A stretch of 64,000 bases of DNA, from assembly GCA_020137815.1 (NCBI GenBank), contig CM035357.1, positions 1 through 64,000 on the forward strand, read 5' to 3'. The number at the start of each line of letters is the position of its first letter. Position 1 is the stretch's first letter. A model generated the notes under the pieces. That model was not told the origin of the DNA and made no database searches. It was given only the letters and a program-made list of their open reading frames with translations. Shown one piece after another: positions 28,897 to 63,489 of the stretch. Source of the stretch: Hormiphora californensis. Lineage: Eukaryota; Animalia; Ctenophora. The position numbers and the translations under genes were made by a program.

Positions 28897-31677
28897 TCAA
28901 GGGATGTTATAACTCAGCGGTATCATGGTTGCAGAGGGAACTTTATCTGCCTCAATATTCCCTCTCCTCTGCCCCAACACTTTCCCCCTGGAGAACTGAT
29001 ACGCGAACCTCTCACCCAGCACATCTAGTAATTTAAAGTTAGCTGCTGAGTCCCTGGCGCCTGTGTAGATGTATTCTAGAATGAGACAGATCAGAGAGGA
29101 GGCAATACCCATGGGGATGAGGTAGAATATTCCAGCAAGATTTGATAGGTACATGGTGAGGGAGTGGTTAGGGGCACACGATTTGGTACCCTTTGATTTC
29201 TCGTGTTTCTGATAGAGCGCATCTAGAACCCCTTTCTCTCTGTTCTCTAGAAGGAAAGTATCAACCAGGTTTTTATAGGGACTGTTCTTCCTTACACCAA
29301 AAGCCAGGTCGAATGGTTGGAAAGAGTCTCCCACTCTAACAATATTACATTCCCCTAAAGTCAAGAAGTCCATGGTAGGAATCTCACTGATGTATACGAA
29401 CCCTCCCTTCCTCAATAGATCCATAGCAGCACCACTGCTGTTTAACTTCATAGCCTGGTGTCCCAGTGTCCTGTATTCATGTTTCATATTGGACTCTAGT
29501 AGTATCTGGGGGTTAGTACTATCAACTACACCCCACTTGTAGGCAGTCTGTTTCAGGAGTTCTAGTGGTCCTGTCAGGTCAGTTGCCTGGTGACTAATGG
29601 TAAGGAATGCAGTCATATTGGCAGTATACATTGTTATTAGAAGAAGGATAAAGAATCTCCAGAAGAAGAGGAGGATTCTACCAGATATAGATCGTGGAGA
29701 TATCCCCCCTTTGTGCCCAACCAACCCACTGCTGACCATCCAGAACGATTCTCTAACATCCAGCACCTGGTTCTGGTCTGACTCCCTGAGTTCAACTACC
29801 TTGCAGGTATGCCTGCTAGCTCCAGTTCTGCAACTCTTACAGGGACAGGAGTTTTGACAGAACTTGAGGGATCCAGAGAGTCCGAAAGGGGATGCTTTAC
29901 TGAGAAAGTAGGTTACCAGGGTAACTAGAACGCAGCCCAGCAACACCGCGACCCAGATAGACCTTTCAAAGGGACGGAGAAAGAAGAAGACATCTCTTTC
30001 CTCCATATCACTTTTCACAAATGCTGCTAACCCTGCATCAAATATGGGGTAGGTGAAATCAATATCATGCTTTCTGGCGAGGTTGTTTGATAGAGCGACT
30101 ATTATCATATCAGTCTTATTGTCCAATAGATCCCGAATTAGACCGTTCCACTCTCCTGTAGTGTCATTCTTTCTTCCATATTTCATGTCTTCTGGCTGTA
30201 TAAAGTGGTATGTGAACCCTAGTTTTGTCCCCATTAGTTTCACTATCTCTATATTGATCCCAGTATAACAGAGTGGTGATGTTGTATCAAGACAGGTTGG
30301 GTCTGGTTCACTAATGAAGGGGTCTTCTGGCATCATACCCAGCCTCAGATGGATCCCTGTCAGAGTGTTAGCTATACCAGTAGGGGGTATCATCTGGTTA
30401 CTGAGGAATGTGACAGGTGTTGCAACCTCCAACCCTCTCCCGCTCGTCCACCCTCCGACCCTCACAAATGTATTTCCGACAAAGTTAACAATGTCATACG
30501 CAGCAGTATCGACCTCTCCGTTTTCTTGGAAGGAGATCTGCCCAGTAACACCCTTATACTCGACACTCTTTATCACATCCAACACCCTATCACCTCCCTG
30601 CCAGGTTATAGAGGGATCCCTCTCTCCTCCCTGCCAGGTTATAGAGGGGGAGGTACTGCTGGTAGATGTAGAGGGGTTAGTACAGGTCAGGTTCTGGTCA
30701 GGTAGTTCCAAACTAGATACAACCGCACGGGCTAACATCAATCCATCATACGTCAGCAGTGTGTAATCAGTAAGATGCTCAGGTGACCCGATCTCAGCAT
30801 ACCTCTCAGACAGGTCATCGTATAACCCTGATCGGGTAAACCTTGGCCTGATGCCAATTAGTCCCTCGTAGTAACGCTTGTAAAGACCGTTAAAGGAGAG
30901 ACTTCTCACATTTGCTGCTACTGCATCAGACATTACCCAAACAAACTCACTGCCTAGCAGACCCATGTTGTGGGCATCTGAGAGGATGTTTCTAGCGTAG
31001 GATGCACTACCAAAGTATATGATAACTCTGTCCAGGGATGCCTTGAAGGTCCTTAGTTGGTTGACAACTTTCAGTTTGTCGTTGTTGCACGTGTCAAATA
31101 CTAACACGTTCCTAACCTTCAAATCAGGGTGTTGTAGGAACAGCATCTGAAGATGGACCACAGCATTGATTCCATATCCATCATCAGACGCCAAGATACT
31201 AACCTCATTCCAGTTGTAATACTGAAGTAGCTCAATAATAGCCGCTGATTGGTAGAGGTCACTTGGTGACATTGTTATTAGAGTTTTACCCTTGTTCTCC
31301 CTCCTCAACTGAGAGCTAGTTGCTGATACAGATATCAGTGGGATATTGTAATCGCTAAAGAATCCTGCAAAGAATTGAGTGTCATCAGACCGTGCCTTCA
31401 GCACCACAACTGTTACATTTGATTGGAGCATCTCGCACGCAACACGTGTCTTGTTTCTTGTGCTGGAGGAATTAAAGGTCAACCAGCGAACTGCTGCAGA
31501 AGGGTTACCACTAGTAACTGAGGGGTTGGAAGGCGAGATGTCATCAAGATCAGGGTTGGGTAAGAGTTGGAGAAGGTTCCGGTAGATGGTGTTCACAGTC
31601 TCCCCTGATTCTGTGAGCAGGCCGATACTGCTGGCATTTAGTAGAGTGGGGAGGACGAAAAACAGAAGTAATTTCAT
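28897..31677 (-). CDS. ionotropic glutamate receptor subunit, intronless, 926 aa (ctenophore/epsilon-type)
   Basis: Signal peptide, ATD, S1 (GEWNGLIRDL, ARKHDIDFTYP), M1 FLRPF, M3 MYTANMTAFLT, S2, M4 LAGIFY; Cys pair in S1 loop 1 and Cys-rich M1-M2 loop. Confidence 0.96.
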   Translation of the reverse strand: MKLLLFFVLPTLLNASSIGLLTESGETVNTIYRNLLQLLPNPDLDDISPSNPSVTSGNPSAAVRWLTFNSSSTRNKTRVACEMLQSNVTVVVLKARSDDTQFFAGFFSDYNIPLISVSATSSQLRRENKGKTLITMSPSDLYQSAAIIELLQYYNWNEVSILASDDGYGINAVVHLQMLFLQHPDLKVRNVLVFDTCNNDKLKVVNQLRTFKASLDRVIIYFGSASYARNILSDAHNMGLLGSEFVWVMSDAVAANVRSLSFNGLYKRYYEGLIGIRPRFTRSGLYDDLSERYAEIGSPEHLTDYTLLTYDGLMLARAVVSSLELPDQNLTCTNPSTSTSSTSPSITWQGGERDPSITWQGGDRVLDVIKSVEYKGVTGQISFQENGEVDTAAYDIVNFVGNTFVRVGGWTSGRGLEVATPVTFLSNQMIPPTGIANTLTGIHLRLGMMPEDPFISEPDPTCLDTTSPLCYTGINIEIVKLMGTKLGFTYHFIQPEDMKYGRKNDTTGEWNGLIRDLLDNKTDMIIVALSNNLARKHDIDFTYPIFDAGLAAFVKSDMEERDVFFFLRPFERSIWVAVLLGCVLVTLVTYFLSKASPFGLSGSLKFCQNSCPCKSCRTGASRHTCKVVELRESDQNQVLDVRESFWMVSSGLVGHKGGISPRSISGRILLFFWRFFILLLITMYTANMTAFLTISHQATDLTGPLELLKQTAYKWGVVDSTNPQILLESNMKHEYRTLGHQAMKLNSSGAAMDLLRKGGFVYISEIPTMDFLTLGECNIVRVGDSFQPFDLAFGVRKNSPYKNLVDTFLLENREKGVLDALYQKHEKSKGTKSCAPNHSLTMYLSNLAGIFYLIPMGIASSLICLILEYIYTGARDSAANFKLLDVLGERFAYQFSRGKVLGQRRGNIEADKVPSATMIPLSYNIP

Positions 31678-33733
31678 TGCGCTATGAATAATGGTAATAT
31701 GGTTATTTCAATTGAAGATAAAAGATAATTACTGATAATTACAGATAATTACAGATAATTACAGATAATTACAGATGTCAGATACCGTGTGGTTGCATGA
31801 AGGAACCGTAATTGCATTTTCATAACTTTCTTAATTTCTAAAAAAAGCAAAAGTAAATTATACCAGCACGACACATAATTTAGAGAAATTAGAAGCACAA
31901 TTAATCGGTCACGTCTAAATAGTCGTGATCAGTGCTGCTGCAATAGGAGACAAAAAGAGCATTAAAAAAAAGTATATTTAGGATCCTAACCGCAAATCGA
32001 GCAAAACAAAGAAGAATACGATTCTTTTGGATCCACATGTTTTAAAAAACCGAATACTACTGCAATTTATAGTCTAGTTTAATAGTTCATGTAAAATTAA
32101 GTTGATTACTCTTCAATTGTGGTCACAAACAAGATTACTATACAATATACAAGATTACTATACAATATACAAGATATTACTATACAAGATTGTACAGCTA
32201 TTATGGCATGTATTTCTAAGCTGTCTCAGTTTCATTGTTTTATATTTCTTCACACGACATGTGATTCACAGAACAGGACGTATAACAGGACGATTATATA
32301 GGTAGAGTGAGAGGAAATATACAAATAATAGAAACATGTTACTATTATTTTATTAATATGTGTGCGGTTATATGCCCATAATGAACATTATTCATAGCTG
32401 TCTTTATTATGATTGTGAAAACATAGCACATATGTTTAATGTTTATTGAACTTAAATAGCACATTATATACTTATTACATATAACATAATACAATACTAG
32501 GATGATTCTACCATATAATATGGGCTATTATATCCTTTTTTTCTCGAATGCCTTTTATAGAGAAAAAGAGGGAGAGCGTGGAGACTCTTCTGACTCTCTG
32601 AGGGAGAGGGAGAGGGCCAGGGAGAGTGACATGAGAGCTATCTTCAAAATTATAACAAATCATCACAGATTACAAAGTAAACTTTTTAAAATCAGTCTGG
32701 TATTTTCATTTAAAGGATGTTTCACACACGGAGCATTAATTCAATAAGTTTAGAAATTAGAAGCAGATTTCAGATCTCTAATTAGAACTGTAGTTTCTTT
32801 GATGTCAAAAAGAAGGGGAAACAAAGCGTCACAAGCCGTCAGAGTATATTGGTCAGGTTGCAAGAGCTTAGTCCCATCAGTCAATGCACTCAGCAGGGCA
32901 CAGCTCTGATTACATTCACAGGACGGCCTGTCTGGCGGCGCTTATCTTAGCGCACTACCAGGCGCCTGAAACGATCTATGAAGTAGGAAATCAATTGTTT
33001 CTCTTTTGTGAAGGTCGAAATAAGGTGGAATCTCTTAGTCATATCGAACAATAGGATACTTTCCACAGTTATATCTATTGTTCCAATTCCTGTATGACAA
33101 TTGATATGAATCTGAGTGACAGCTATCATGTGATATCACATAAAGAGAAACAAGTTATAGTTCAAGTTGATATCACACTACAGTAGTTATCACAGTGGTA
33201 TTTCGACATATGATTTCGACATATGATTTCGACCTTCATAAAATAGAAGCAAATGGTAGTGCAGTAGTAGACTCTAATATAAAGCAGCAAAGACAATAAT
33301 TTAATGGTTACCAATTACAATGAATTGATGACAGAGTTGTGCAGAAAATAAACTCAATACTCATCCATTACCTAAATCTACAACAATTGTCATGCATTAT
33401 TAGCATGGCATAACCATTACTATAAGAGATTAGGAAATAACTATAGCGGGGAAGCCATGGCCATCATGTAATATTATTATCTACTCACAAAACTAAAACA
33501 CAATTTTATCTATACCGACAACGGCATACCGATTAGACCACTGTGAACTTATACTAATCAACTATATATTACCATTTGGTTATCATATTACTAGATCTCA
33601 TTAGATAGTTCTATAGCTAATAAGATTATACACTCCTTATTGAAAATTGCTTGGTTACTAAGAACATAGTAAGTCACACAATTTCACCGATGAAAAAGAG
33701 GACGTAGCGTAACTGCTGGGCTGTGCACTCTGT

Positions 33734-34219
<486 letters not shown>

Positions 34220-35035
34220 GTGCATCGCAATATTTTGGAATTATGCGGCAAACTACGCGGCGCGCGCGAAAAATTATAAACTTCATTGCAAAAGTCCTGC
34301 GGCGCGTTTTTTTAGTTAGCAAAACGCGCACTACACGTGCGCTCGCGCTCGCTCTTCTTCTTCTTCAGTTTTGGGGATGCTTTTGGCTCTTTTTATCAAT
34401 TTTTTAGTGTGTAGGCGTTTGATTAAGTTATTTTTCTGCACAACCCACACAGGGACCATATGATGACTTGATTCACACCTCACCGTGTCTAGTGGCTGCT
34501 CTGCACCGTTTCACCCCTGAGGTCCCTAGTGGGTTGTGTAGTATTTACTTTTGGCTCTTGCCTGGTGGTTCACCATTTTTCGTTTTGAAAAGTTTTCATA
34601 AAAGTTTTTAAAAACGTTTTTCCTTGAATTATTAAATCCTTGAAAAGCGCTGCCCTATCGGGGGCCAGCAGCGTTTGCCAACGATATTCCCGGCTTTTTT
34701 AAAGCATGGTCCACAGAGAGTGCATTATAAAGTCCTTTTTTCGTGACTCCAGCCTCTATCATATTGGCCGTTACATGTTGTATTGATTTGATGACAGAAG
34801 ACTGAAGAGGCTCTATAATCTAAGTTCTTTAGTTGTTTCCTCCATTTATAGAAAGCGGTTATATCAAATGAATATATTATTATTCATCCCCAATTCAATG
34901 AAAACTTAACGCAGACCCGATTTTTTCCCCGCCCGGGTGAAAGCCGAAGGCATTCACCCGGATGCCTTTTGCAAAAAGGCATAGGGGTTTAGAATTCGAC
35001 AAGTTTACATACTAGTGAAGTGTCACGCTTTTTTT

Positions 35036-35308
35036 CAGGGGCGAAGCAAGGCTGGGTCCTGTGGGTCCAGGACCCACTTTTTGGACGAGAGAGGAGAAGA
35101 AAATGAGAAAACTTGCTAAAAAGTGAAAATATCGGCAAAAACAACCAAAAAAAGTGAAAAAATGAGCCGATTTTCAATTGAAAAAACAAATGCGCGCAAG
35201 AAAAAACTTATGCGGCAGCGCTGGGTCCGGACCCACTTCGCGCATTACATTTTCTGCAGCGCTGGACCCAAAATTTTTTTCGTGACTGAACGCCGCGCAC
35301 CGCCCCTG
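35036..35308. mobile_element. hAT-like MITE
   Basis: CAGGGGCG...CGCCCCTG termini, 8-bp TSD CTTTTTTT. Confidence 0.65.
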
Positions 35309-35873
35309 CTTTTTTTCCCGTGACGTAACCCATCCATAGCAACCATCCAGTGCGGAGTGCTCAAAATATCATTTGAAATACTTCACACACGCTCTAATCC
35401 AAATTGTTCACGAAGGCAACGCCCGCAAAGTTATAACAGTGCTGAAATGACGCACTTTCATTAAAACGCGCAGCCCGGCGCCGCGTGCCCCTTCCTGTTT
35501 GCAATTCATAACGTTCATCGTTCGTCATGTGTTCGTCATTACAATTGCGCTCTGGTATTGTCATTGATTACATGAGCTCAGTTGAGTGGAGATCACATCA
35601 CACTAGAAAAGGAGCCTAATTAGGCAGCTCATCACCTGCACTGTTCTGTCTCACCTTTCAGAATCTCATTAGGTTATGGGTGATGGGTAATTAGGAGTGT
35701 CACATGCCAATGGCGGGAAATACAGTACTATGGATACATAGTGCAAATATTCTTGTTGTTCTCTAAACTACCCATACTTTTTTATGGGGGACTAGTTCAT
35801 ACAATTTTTATTTATACAAATTGTGTACGATATAGGGGACTTTTCTGTTTGATGTAATTGATATTTATGCAGG

Positions 35874-37241
35874 ATGTCATCACTTCTCAAGAGACTGCGA
35901 GTTAGATGGCCGACAGTTGAGTTTCCTGAAAAGTTGCAGCGCTCAATATTTGAACACTTTAATGACGAAGGGAATGCTCAACAGCAGTTTCTGAAGGAGA
36001 ACCTCAAGAAAACTAACTCTACTACTGTCTACACGCAGCCTAACTCTCTAACAAGTCGCCAGGCTACCAGACAATACAAGAACCCTGTTGAGATGGGGCT
36101 AGCTGTTGCCAGGGACCAGGAGAGGACAGAAAGAAAGCTGGAGAATGTTGATATCATAACCTATAAGAGCTCTCCAGCACTGTACCACATCTCTCACCAG
36201 CTAATGTACGAGCTATCAGTCCTGGAGAAGGGGTTCAGCCCCTGGTCAATGTTGGATATGGGTCACAATGTGGGGGTGGCTGTGTGGGCTGCACATAACC
36301 ACTTTAATGAGTCTCTAGGAGACATTGTGATACATGAACACAATATTAAAGAATATAACAGGACCGTGAAGCTACTGAATCTGAGGTATGGAGAACACAT
36401 TCCCAATGTGCAGGTTCGAGGTGCTAACTCCTTTCCTAGAAGCTGCAACAAGTTTGACTTGGTAACTGCGATCAACTACTTCCCCTACCTCCACACTAGT
36501 GAGGTGAGAGGTTGGTTTGATAAAATCTGGGATCGAACAGAGGGTTTTCTAGTGGTTGCTGACATTTCTAACCTCTACACTTCACGTCGCATTGCTGACA
36601 TCAGGAAATTGTTTCTCGCCAGATACGGAGCTAAAAACATCCTAGCACCGTGTCCCCACTCTAAAGCCTGTCCGATGAGGCAAAAGAGGGATCCCCAGGG
36701 GTGTCGGTTTGTTGCTGCTGATTTCTCGAGAGGTGCTAGTTTTACACACGGAGAGAAGAGGATGTTGGAGGATAAACAAAGTGTGGAGTACTCTTATCTA
36801 ATGTTTAGTAAAGATGCGGCTGGTCCTGATCAAATACACAGAGGATTTGACAGGATATTAGCACCAGTTAGTAAACCTAAGAAGTCCAGATCTGCTACAT
36901 TCACACTGTGTGGACATGATGGGATGTTGTGGAAGAACAGTGTCACTGCTAAAACTGATAAACACGTGTTGAACCAGGTCCTGAAGATGAGGTCAGGTGA
37001 TTTATTGGATGGAGTGTGGAGAGAGAGGGGGGAGGTGCAACTAGAACCTATCACGTGGAGAGAGGAGAGTTACGATGAGGCTGTAGAGAGAAGGAAGGCA
37101 CGGAATGAAGGGATGAGAGAGAGGAAGTTGGCAATGGATGTATCTGGGATCATTGGACAGGATTTAGAAAGGGAGGAGGGGGAGGAGGAGGAGGAGGAGG
37201 AGGAGGAGTGGAGTATGAGGGATGAAGTTAGAGATTTGTAG
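35874..37241 (+). CDS. METTL17: METTL17/Rsm22 mitoribosome small-subunit assembly factor, 455 aa, single coding exon
   Basis: SAM-MTase-like MLDMG motif, FDLVTA, APCPHSKACP...CRF, YSYL, RILAPV, TLC (conserved Rsm22 cysteines); basic N-terminus; AG acceptor directly before the ATG. Confidence 0.88.
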   Translation: MSSLLKRLRVRWPTVEFPEKLQRSIFEHFNDEGNAQQQFLKENLKKTNSTTVYTQPNSLTSRQATRQYKNPVEMGLAVARDQERTERKLENVDIITYKSSPALYHISHQLMYELSVLEKGFSPWSMLDMGHNVGVAVWAAHNHFNESLGDIVIHEHNIKEYNRTVKLLNLRYGEHIPNVQVRGANSFPRSCNKFDLVTAINYFPYLHTSEVRGWFDKIWDRTEGFLVVADISNLYTSRRIADIRKLFLARYGAKNILAPCPHSKACPMRQKRDPQGCRFVAADFSRGASFTHGEKRMLEDKQSVEYSYLMFSKDAAGPDQIHRGFDRILAPVSKPKKSRSATFTLCGHDGMLWKNSVTAKTDKHVLNQVLKMRSGDLLDGVWRERGEVQLEPITWREESYDEAVERRKARNEGMRERKLAMDVSGIIGQDLEREEGEEEEEEEEEWSMRDEVRDL

Positions 37242-38765
37242 TAGTGGAGTATGAGAGATGAAGTTAGAGATTTGTAGTAGTGGAGTATGAGGGATGAAGT
37301 TAGAGATTTGTAGTAGTGGAGTATGAGAGATGAAGTTAGAGATTTGTAGTAGTGGAGTATGAGGGATGAAGTGAGAGATTTGTACCGTGTGCGGCAAAAA
37401 AAATCCCCCCCCTAGACCACCATAGTTGCCGATGTGGTGGAGAGCTGTAACTTGGCAGGGTTGCTCCACTATGTCTATCTTGATCCTGACAGAAAAATCA
37501 GAGCTCTAGCTCAAAATTCATTTTTTTGATAGGAATGAACATTGTCATTCATTCCAAGAAAAAAATATTTTCGGTCCAGAATTCAAGCAATTATCTTTGG
37601 CCATCGATTAGCTTTCCAATGTGACCAAGATCATCTAAATTGGGCAACCACAAGAGACACAGTGTCATGTTTCTTAAAGTTAGTCAGGTCATGTGATCTT
37701 CACCGAATCGTTGATTATCCGGGATTGCTAATCGAGCCAATGGGCAGAGGAATCTCGTATCACGGCCGCTAATGAGGTATGTGTACCAATACAGGGTAAT
37801 GTGATTCGAGGAAAGAGGACATTTATCAAAGAGCTACAGATCTCATGACCAATCAGCATCGTCATCCCTCATTAGTAGCCGTGATACGTGATTCTCTACC
37901 ACTTAGACCGATTCGTAATACTGAACACTCAACGATTCGGTGAAGATCACATGACCTGATTAAATTTAAGAAAGATGACACTGTGTCTCTTGTGGTTGCC
38001 CAATTTAGATGATCTTGGTCACATTGGAAAGCTAATCGATGGCCAAAGATAATTGCTTGAATTCTGGACCGAAAATATTTTTTTCTTGGAATGAATGACA
38101 ATGTTCATTCCTATCAAAAAAATGAATTTTGAGCTAGAGCTCTGATTTTTCTGTCAGGATCAAGATAGACATAGTGGAGCAACCCTGCCAAGTTACAGCT
38201 CTCCACCACATCGGCAACTATGGTGGTCTAGGGGGGGATTTTTTTTGCCGCACACGGTAGTAGTGGAGTATGAGGGATGAAGTTAGAGATTTGTAGTAGT
38301 GGAGTATGAGGGATGAAGTGAGAGATTTGTAGTAGTGGAGTATGAGGGATGAAGTTAGAGATTTGTAGTAGTGGAGTATGAGAGATGAAGTTAGAGATTT
38401 GTAGTAGTGGAGTATGAGGGATGAAGTTAGAGATTTGTAGTAGTGGAGTATGAGGGATGAAGTTAGAGATTTGTAGTAGTGGAGTATGAGGGATGAAGTT
38501 AGAGATTTGTAGTAGTGGAGTATGAGGGATGAAGTTAGAGATTTGTAGTAGTGGAGTATGAGAGATGAAGTTAGAGATTTGTAGTAGTGGAGTATGAGGG
38601 ATGAAGTTAGAGATTTGTAGTAGTGGAGTATGAGGGATGAAGTTAGAGATTTGTAGTAGTGGAGTATGAGGGATGAAGTTAGAGATTTGTAGTAGTGGAG
38701 TATGAGAGATGAAGTTAGAGATTTGTAGTAGTGGAGTATGAGGGATGAAGTGAGAGATTTGTAGT
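37209..38765 (+). repeat. 36-bp minisatellite x19 derived from the METTL17 stop-codon region
   Basis: unit TGGAGTATGAGGGATGAAGTTAGAGATTTGTAGTAG (WSMRDEVRDL**); 5 copies left and 14 right of a MITE. Confidence 0.95.
37385..38257. mobile_element. Tc1/mariner-type foldback MITE
   Basis: TA|CCGTGTGCGG...CCGCACACGG|TA; ~390-bp inverted arms; inserted at a TA of the 36-bp unit. Confidence 0.85.
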
Positions 38766-38963
38766 TTGTATGTGTGTTTAACTTATTGATATTTGATTTT
38801 TATAACTTTTTTTAAACCTCACTCTTGAGTCATGTCTATTATAATCAGTTTTTACAACATTTTATAACCCTAATTATACCAATTAACCCCCTTCCCATCT
38901 CTATTATTATAGGAGAGATGTGGTTACTATGTTTCCTCTCCCTTCTTCCCTCCATATCACTCT

Positions 38964-39970
38964 AGTTAGGGAAAATTAGCTAAAAAACCAGCAAATTATC
39001 GGCAAAATTTTTAACAAGCTAATTCCTTCACTAAGTGACCCTAATGGGTCCTCTGAATCACCAAAAAAAGTTCCAGCCGATCGGGCTTGCAGAAGGCCCT
39101 TATTTCCGGGTGGGCGCGGCACATGTATTTTCAGCCTGAGGCAAAAACCATAAGTACCCTTAAAATAGGAGTAGAGATAAAATCGAGGGCACTAAAGTGA
39201 TCAGCGACCTCGCATTAGTGGGGGTAGGTGCCGGAATTAAGTCTCTATCTCATCTGGTTAATTAGATAATTGGATAATTAGGTTTGCGCGTGTACCGTTT
39301 TTTGGCTATATGGCTATAGCCACTTAGGAATGGTATAGAGACTTTTCATTAGTGCCATTTTGTTCAGAAGAAAATTTTAGAGAGGAGTTGTGGAAAAATT
39401 TAGGGCCTATCTCTTACCGTTTTGGCGTTATTAGCCGTCAAACTAGGCCAAATTAGTCGAAATTTCGCGAAAATGTCAAAAATTGAGTTAATTGGCCTAG
39501 TTTAACGGCTAATAACGCCAAAACGGTAAGAGATAGGCCCTAAATTTTTCCAGAACTCCTCTCTAAAATTTTCTTCTGAACAAAATGGCACCAATGAAAA
39601 GTCTCTATACCATTCCTAAGTGGCTATAGCCATATAGCCAAAAAACGGTACACACGCAAACCTAATTATCCAATTATCTAATTAACCAGATGAGATAGAG
39701 ACTTAATTCCGGCACCTACCCCCACTAATGCGAGGTCGCTGATCACTTTAGTGCCCTCGATTTTATCTCTACTCCTATTTTAAGGGTACTTATGGTTTTT
39801 GCCTCAGGCTGAAAATACACGTGCCGCGCCCACCCGGAAATAAGGGCCTTCTGCAAGCCCGATCGGCTGGAACTTTTTTTTGGTGATTCAGAGGACCCAT
39901 TAGGGTCACTTAGTGAAGGAATTAGCTTGTTAAAAATTTTGCCACTAATTTCGGCTAATTCTCCCTAACT
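38964..39970. mobile_element. foldback MITE with 5-bp TSD (ACTCT)
   Basis: AGTTAGGG...CCCTAACT termini, ~490-bp inverted arms; interrupts a duplicated copy of PDI exon 1. Confidence 0.85.
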
Positions 39971-40214
39971 ACTCTCTGAAACTCCTGAGATAACCAATTT
40001 ACCCCATCTCTATTATTATAGGAGAGATGTGGTTACTATGTATCCTCTCCCTTCTCCCCTCCATATCCCTCTCTGAAACTCCTGAGATCTTAACCCCATC
40101 TCTATTATTATAGGAGAGATGTGGTTACTATGTATCCTCTCCCTTCTTCCCTCCATATCCCTCTCTGAAACTCCTGAGATAACCAATTAACCCCATCTCT
40201 ATTATATAGGAGAG

Positions 40215-61623
<21,409 letters not shown>

Positions 61624-62065
61624 TGATTAACTTTTTTTATTATTTTTAGGTATTTTATATCACACTTTATTATAAAATATAAGTTTAAACTTTTCTTAAT
61701 GTACAAAGCGACAGAGACTATTTATAGAATGAGAGGGAAGGATGATATTTTCATAATGTTTATAGAATAAGAGGAAGGATCATATTTTCATATTGTTTAT
61801 ACACAGTTTTATTCTCTTGAATTTGTAAAACCAGTTCTTTATTATTCTACCAGCTGGGTAAACCCCAGGTTGCTCTGTGTGCATATCGTCAGGTATCTCC
61901 TACTATTACTAAAGGTCTGCAGGGGCCTCCCTTTCGCTCCCTCCTAGTTCTAGTTGTCTCCCGTATGGGCCCGTCAGACCATAGTCGACCAATGCTCTGA
62001 CAGGTCTAGTTGTCTCTCTCTCTCTCTCTCTCTAGTCGTGTGACTGTTTGGGTGTTTGGGGGTTT

Positions 62066-62691
62066 CAGCACATTCTTGATTGCGCCTCCAACTTTATTTC
62101 CTCTGGGCTTGCCAATCTCTCACAGTCAACCCTGGGTGAAGGATTGTTAGTAATGAGAATAGATTGAACTAACTATTAGCAACTATGTTACTGTGTATTG
62201 TTATTTGTCATGTTCTAACCAGGCAAACTATGATACTGTCGTGTACTCTTACTTGGACTAACTATTAGCAACTATTTCACACTCATACTTGGAGGGTGCA
62301 GTAGAGGGCCTCTCTGGTTTTCTCTTTGTTTGTGCGTTCAGTTCTCGTTGAGAGAAGTGCAGGTACTTGGTGAGAGTAGGATCAGGAGGGAGGGGGGCTG
62401 AAACATGTGTTAAATTGTGAAATACTGTGTGATGTACTAGACACCAAATCACTTGACATGTTTCCAATCTGTGAGCTCTCACACCGGGCAGAAGGCCTTG
62501 TGTGGGCTCACACAAGTCCGAAAGACAGCCTACGTAGCATGACAACAAATCCCTAGTGGTCTGTCAGTGTCATCCTCTCTTACTTGAGACTGATAGTCGA
62601 TTTGGTAGCTCCATGTGGAGTCCACACCTCCCACATTTAGGAACAGCTCCCCAGAGGGCAGAGGTTGGCCGAGATCTCAAACTCTCTGCCA
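62066..62691 (-). CDS. possible small spliced gene of unknown function
   Basis: Candidate exons MAESLRSRPTSALWGAVPKCGRCG.. (~62691-62584) and APLPPDPTLTKYLHFSQRELN..ERPSTAPSK (~62397-62288) with AG/GT ends; no recognised domain. Confidence 0.3.
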
Positions 62692-63489
62692 TATTAGCAA
62701 TACTGAAAGGAAGGGTATTGTTTTCATTGTTCCCACGGCCCTTGTCAGCGCTATGTGGATATCATCATGGTTGCGATGTTTTGCTGCGCGCTACATTACT
62801 GCGCGCAATGCTCTACATGCCTGTTCTCGCGTGTTACAAATCATACTGCTTTAGGGCACATTTTCTAGGTTCATTTTAAAATTGAAAGTTCTATATCATA
62901 GCACTGGCAAGTGCCCCGGGCTCAAAAGGGGGGTGTGGGGGCACAGCCCCCACCATAAACGGGGGTGTGGGGGCAGAGCCCCCACCTTAGAAATACCCTC
63001 TAACTCAAAAAACAAAAGAGAGAGCACACGCAACACTTCTACACACAAGCGCGTGAAAACCTGCCAGTGCTACTATATACCATTGCAGATTTCGGGGGTT
63101 TTGATGCTTTAAAAAAGCATGTTCCAGATGAAGTAGGGAGCTGAAATTTTGTACTCTGAGTGCCCTCATATAGGAGAAGAGGCATGCAAATTTTCAGAAC
63201 GATCGGATGTAAGGTAAAAATTTGCCAGAGGGGTCCCAAAATGCAAAAATGTAAAGGAGGGGAGGGGGAGGGGGAGGGGGAGGGGGGGAGGACGCTTTTT
63301 TATCTTTGAGTGTTCTCCTAAACCACAAATAGTAGAGACTTGCCGTTTGGAACAGTGGTTCCTTACATCATTGCGCTCGGTAATAGCTGTGTGAGAACTT
63401 CGAAATCGCCATAGTTCATTAATTATTCATTAATTAGTCATTAAATATTCATTTTAACCATGGTTGCGATATGACACGACTCGAAGGTC

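Noticed and set aside
37542-38101. Mirror ORF pairs (also 60738-61177, 16790-17980)
   Set aside because: Products of MITE inverted arms, no transposase motifs
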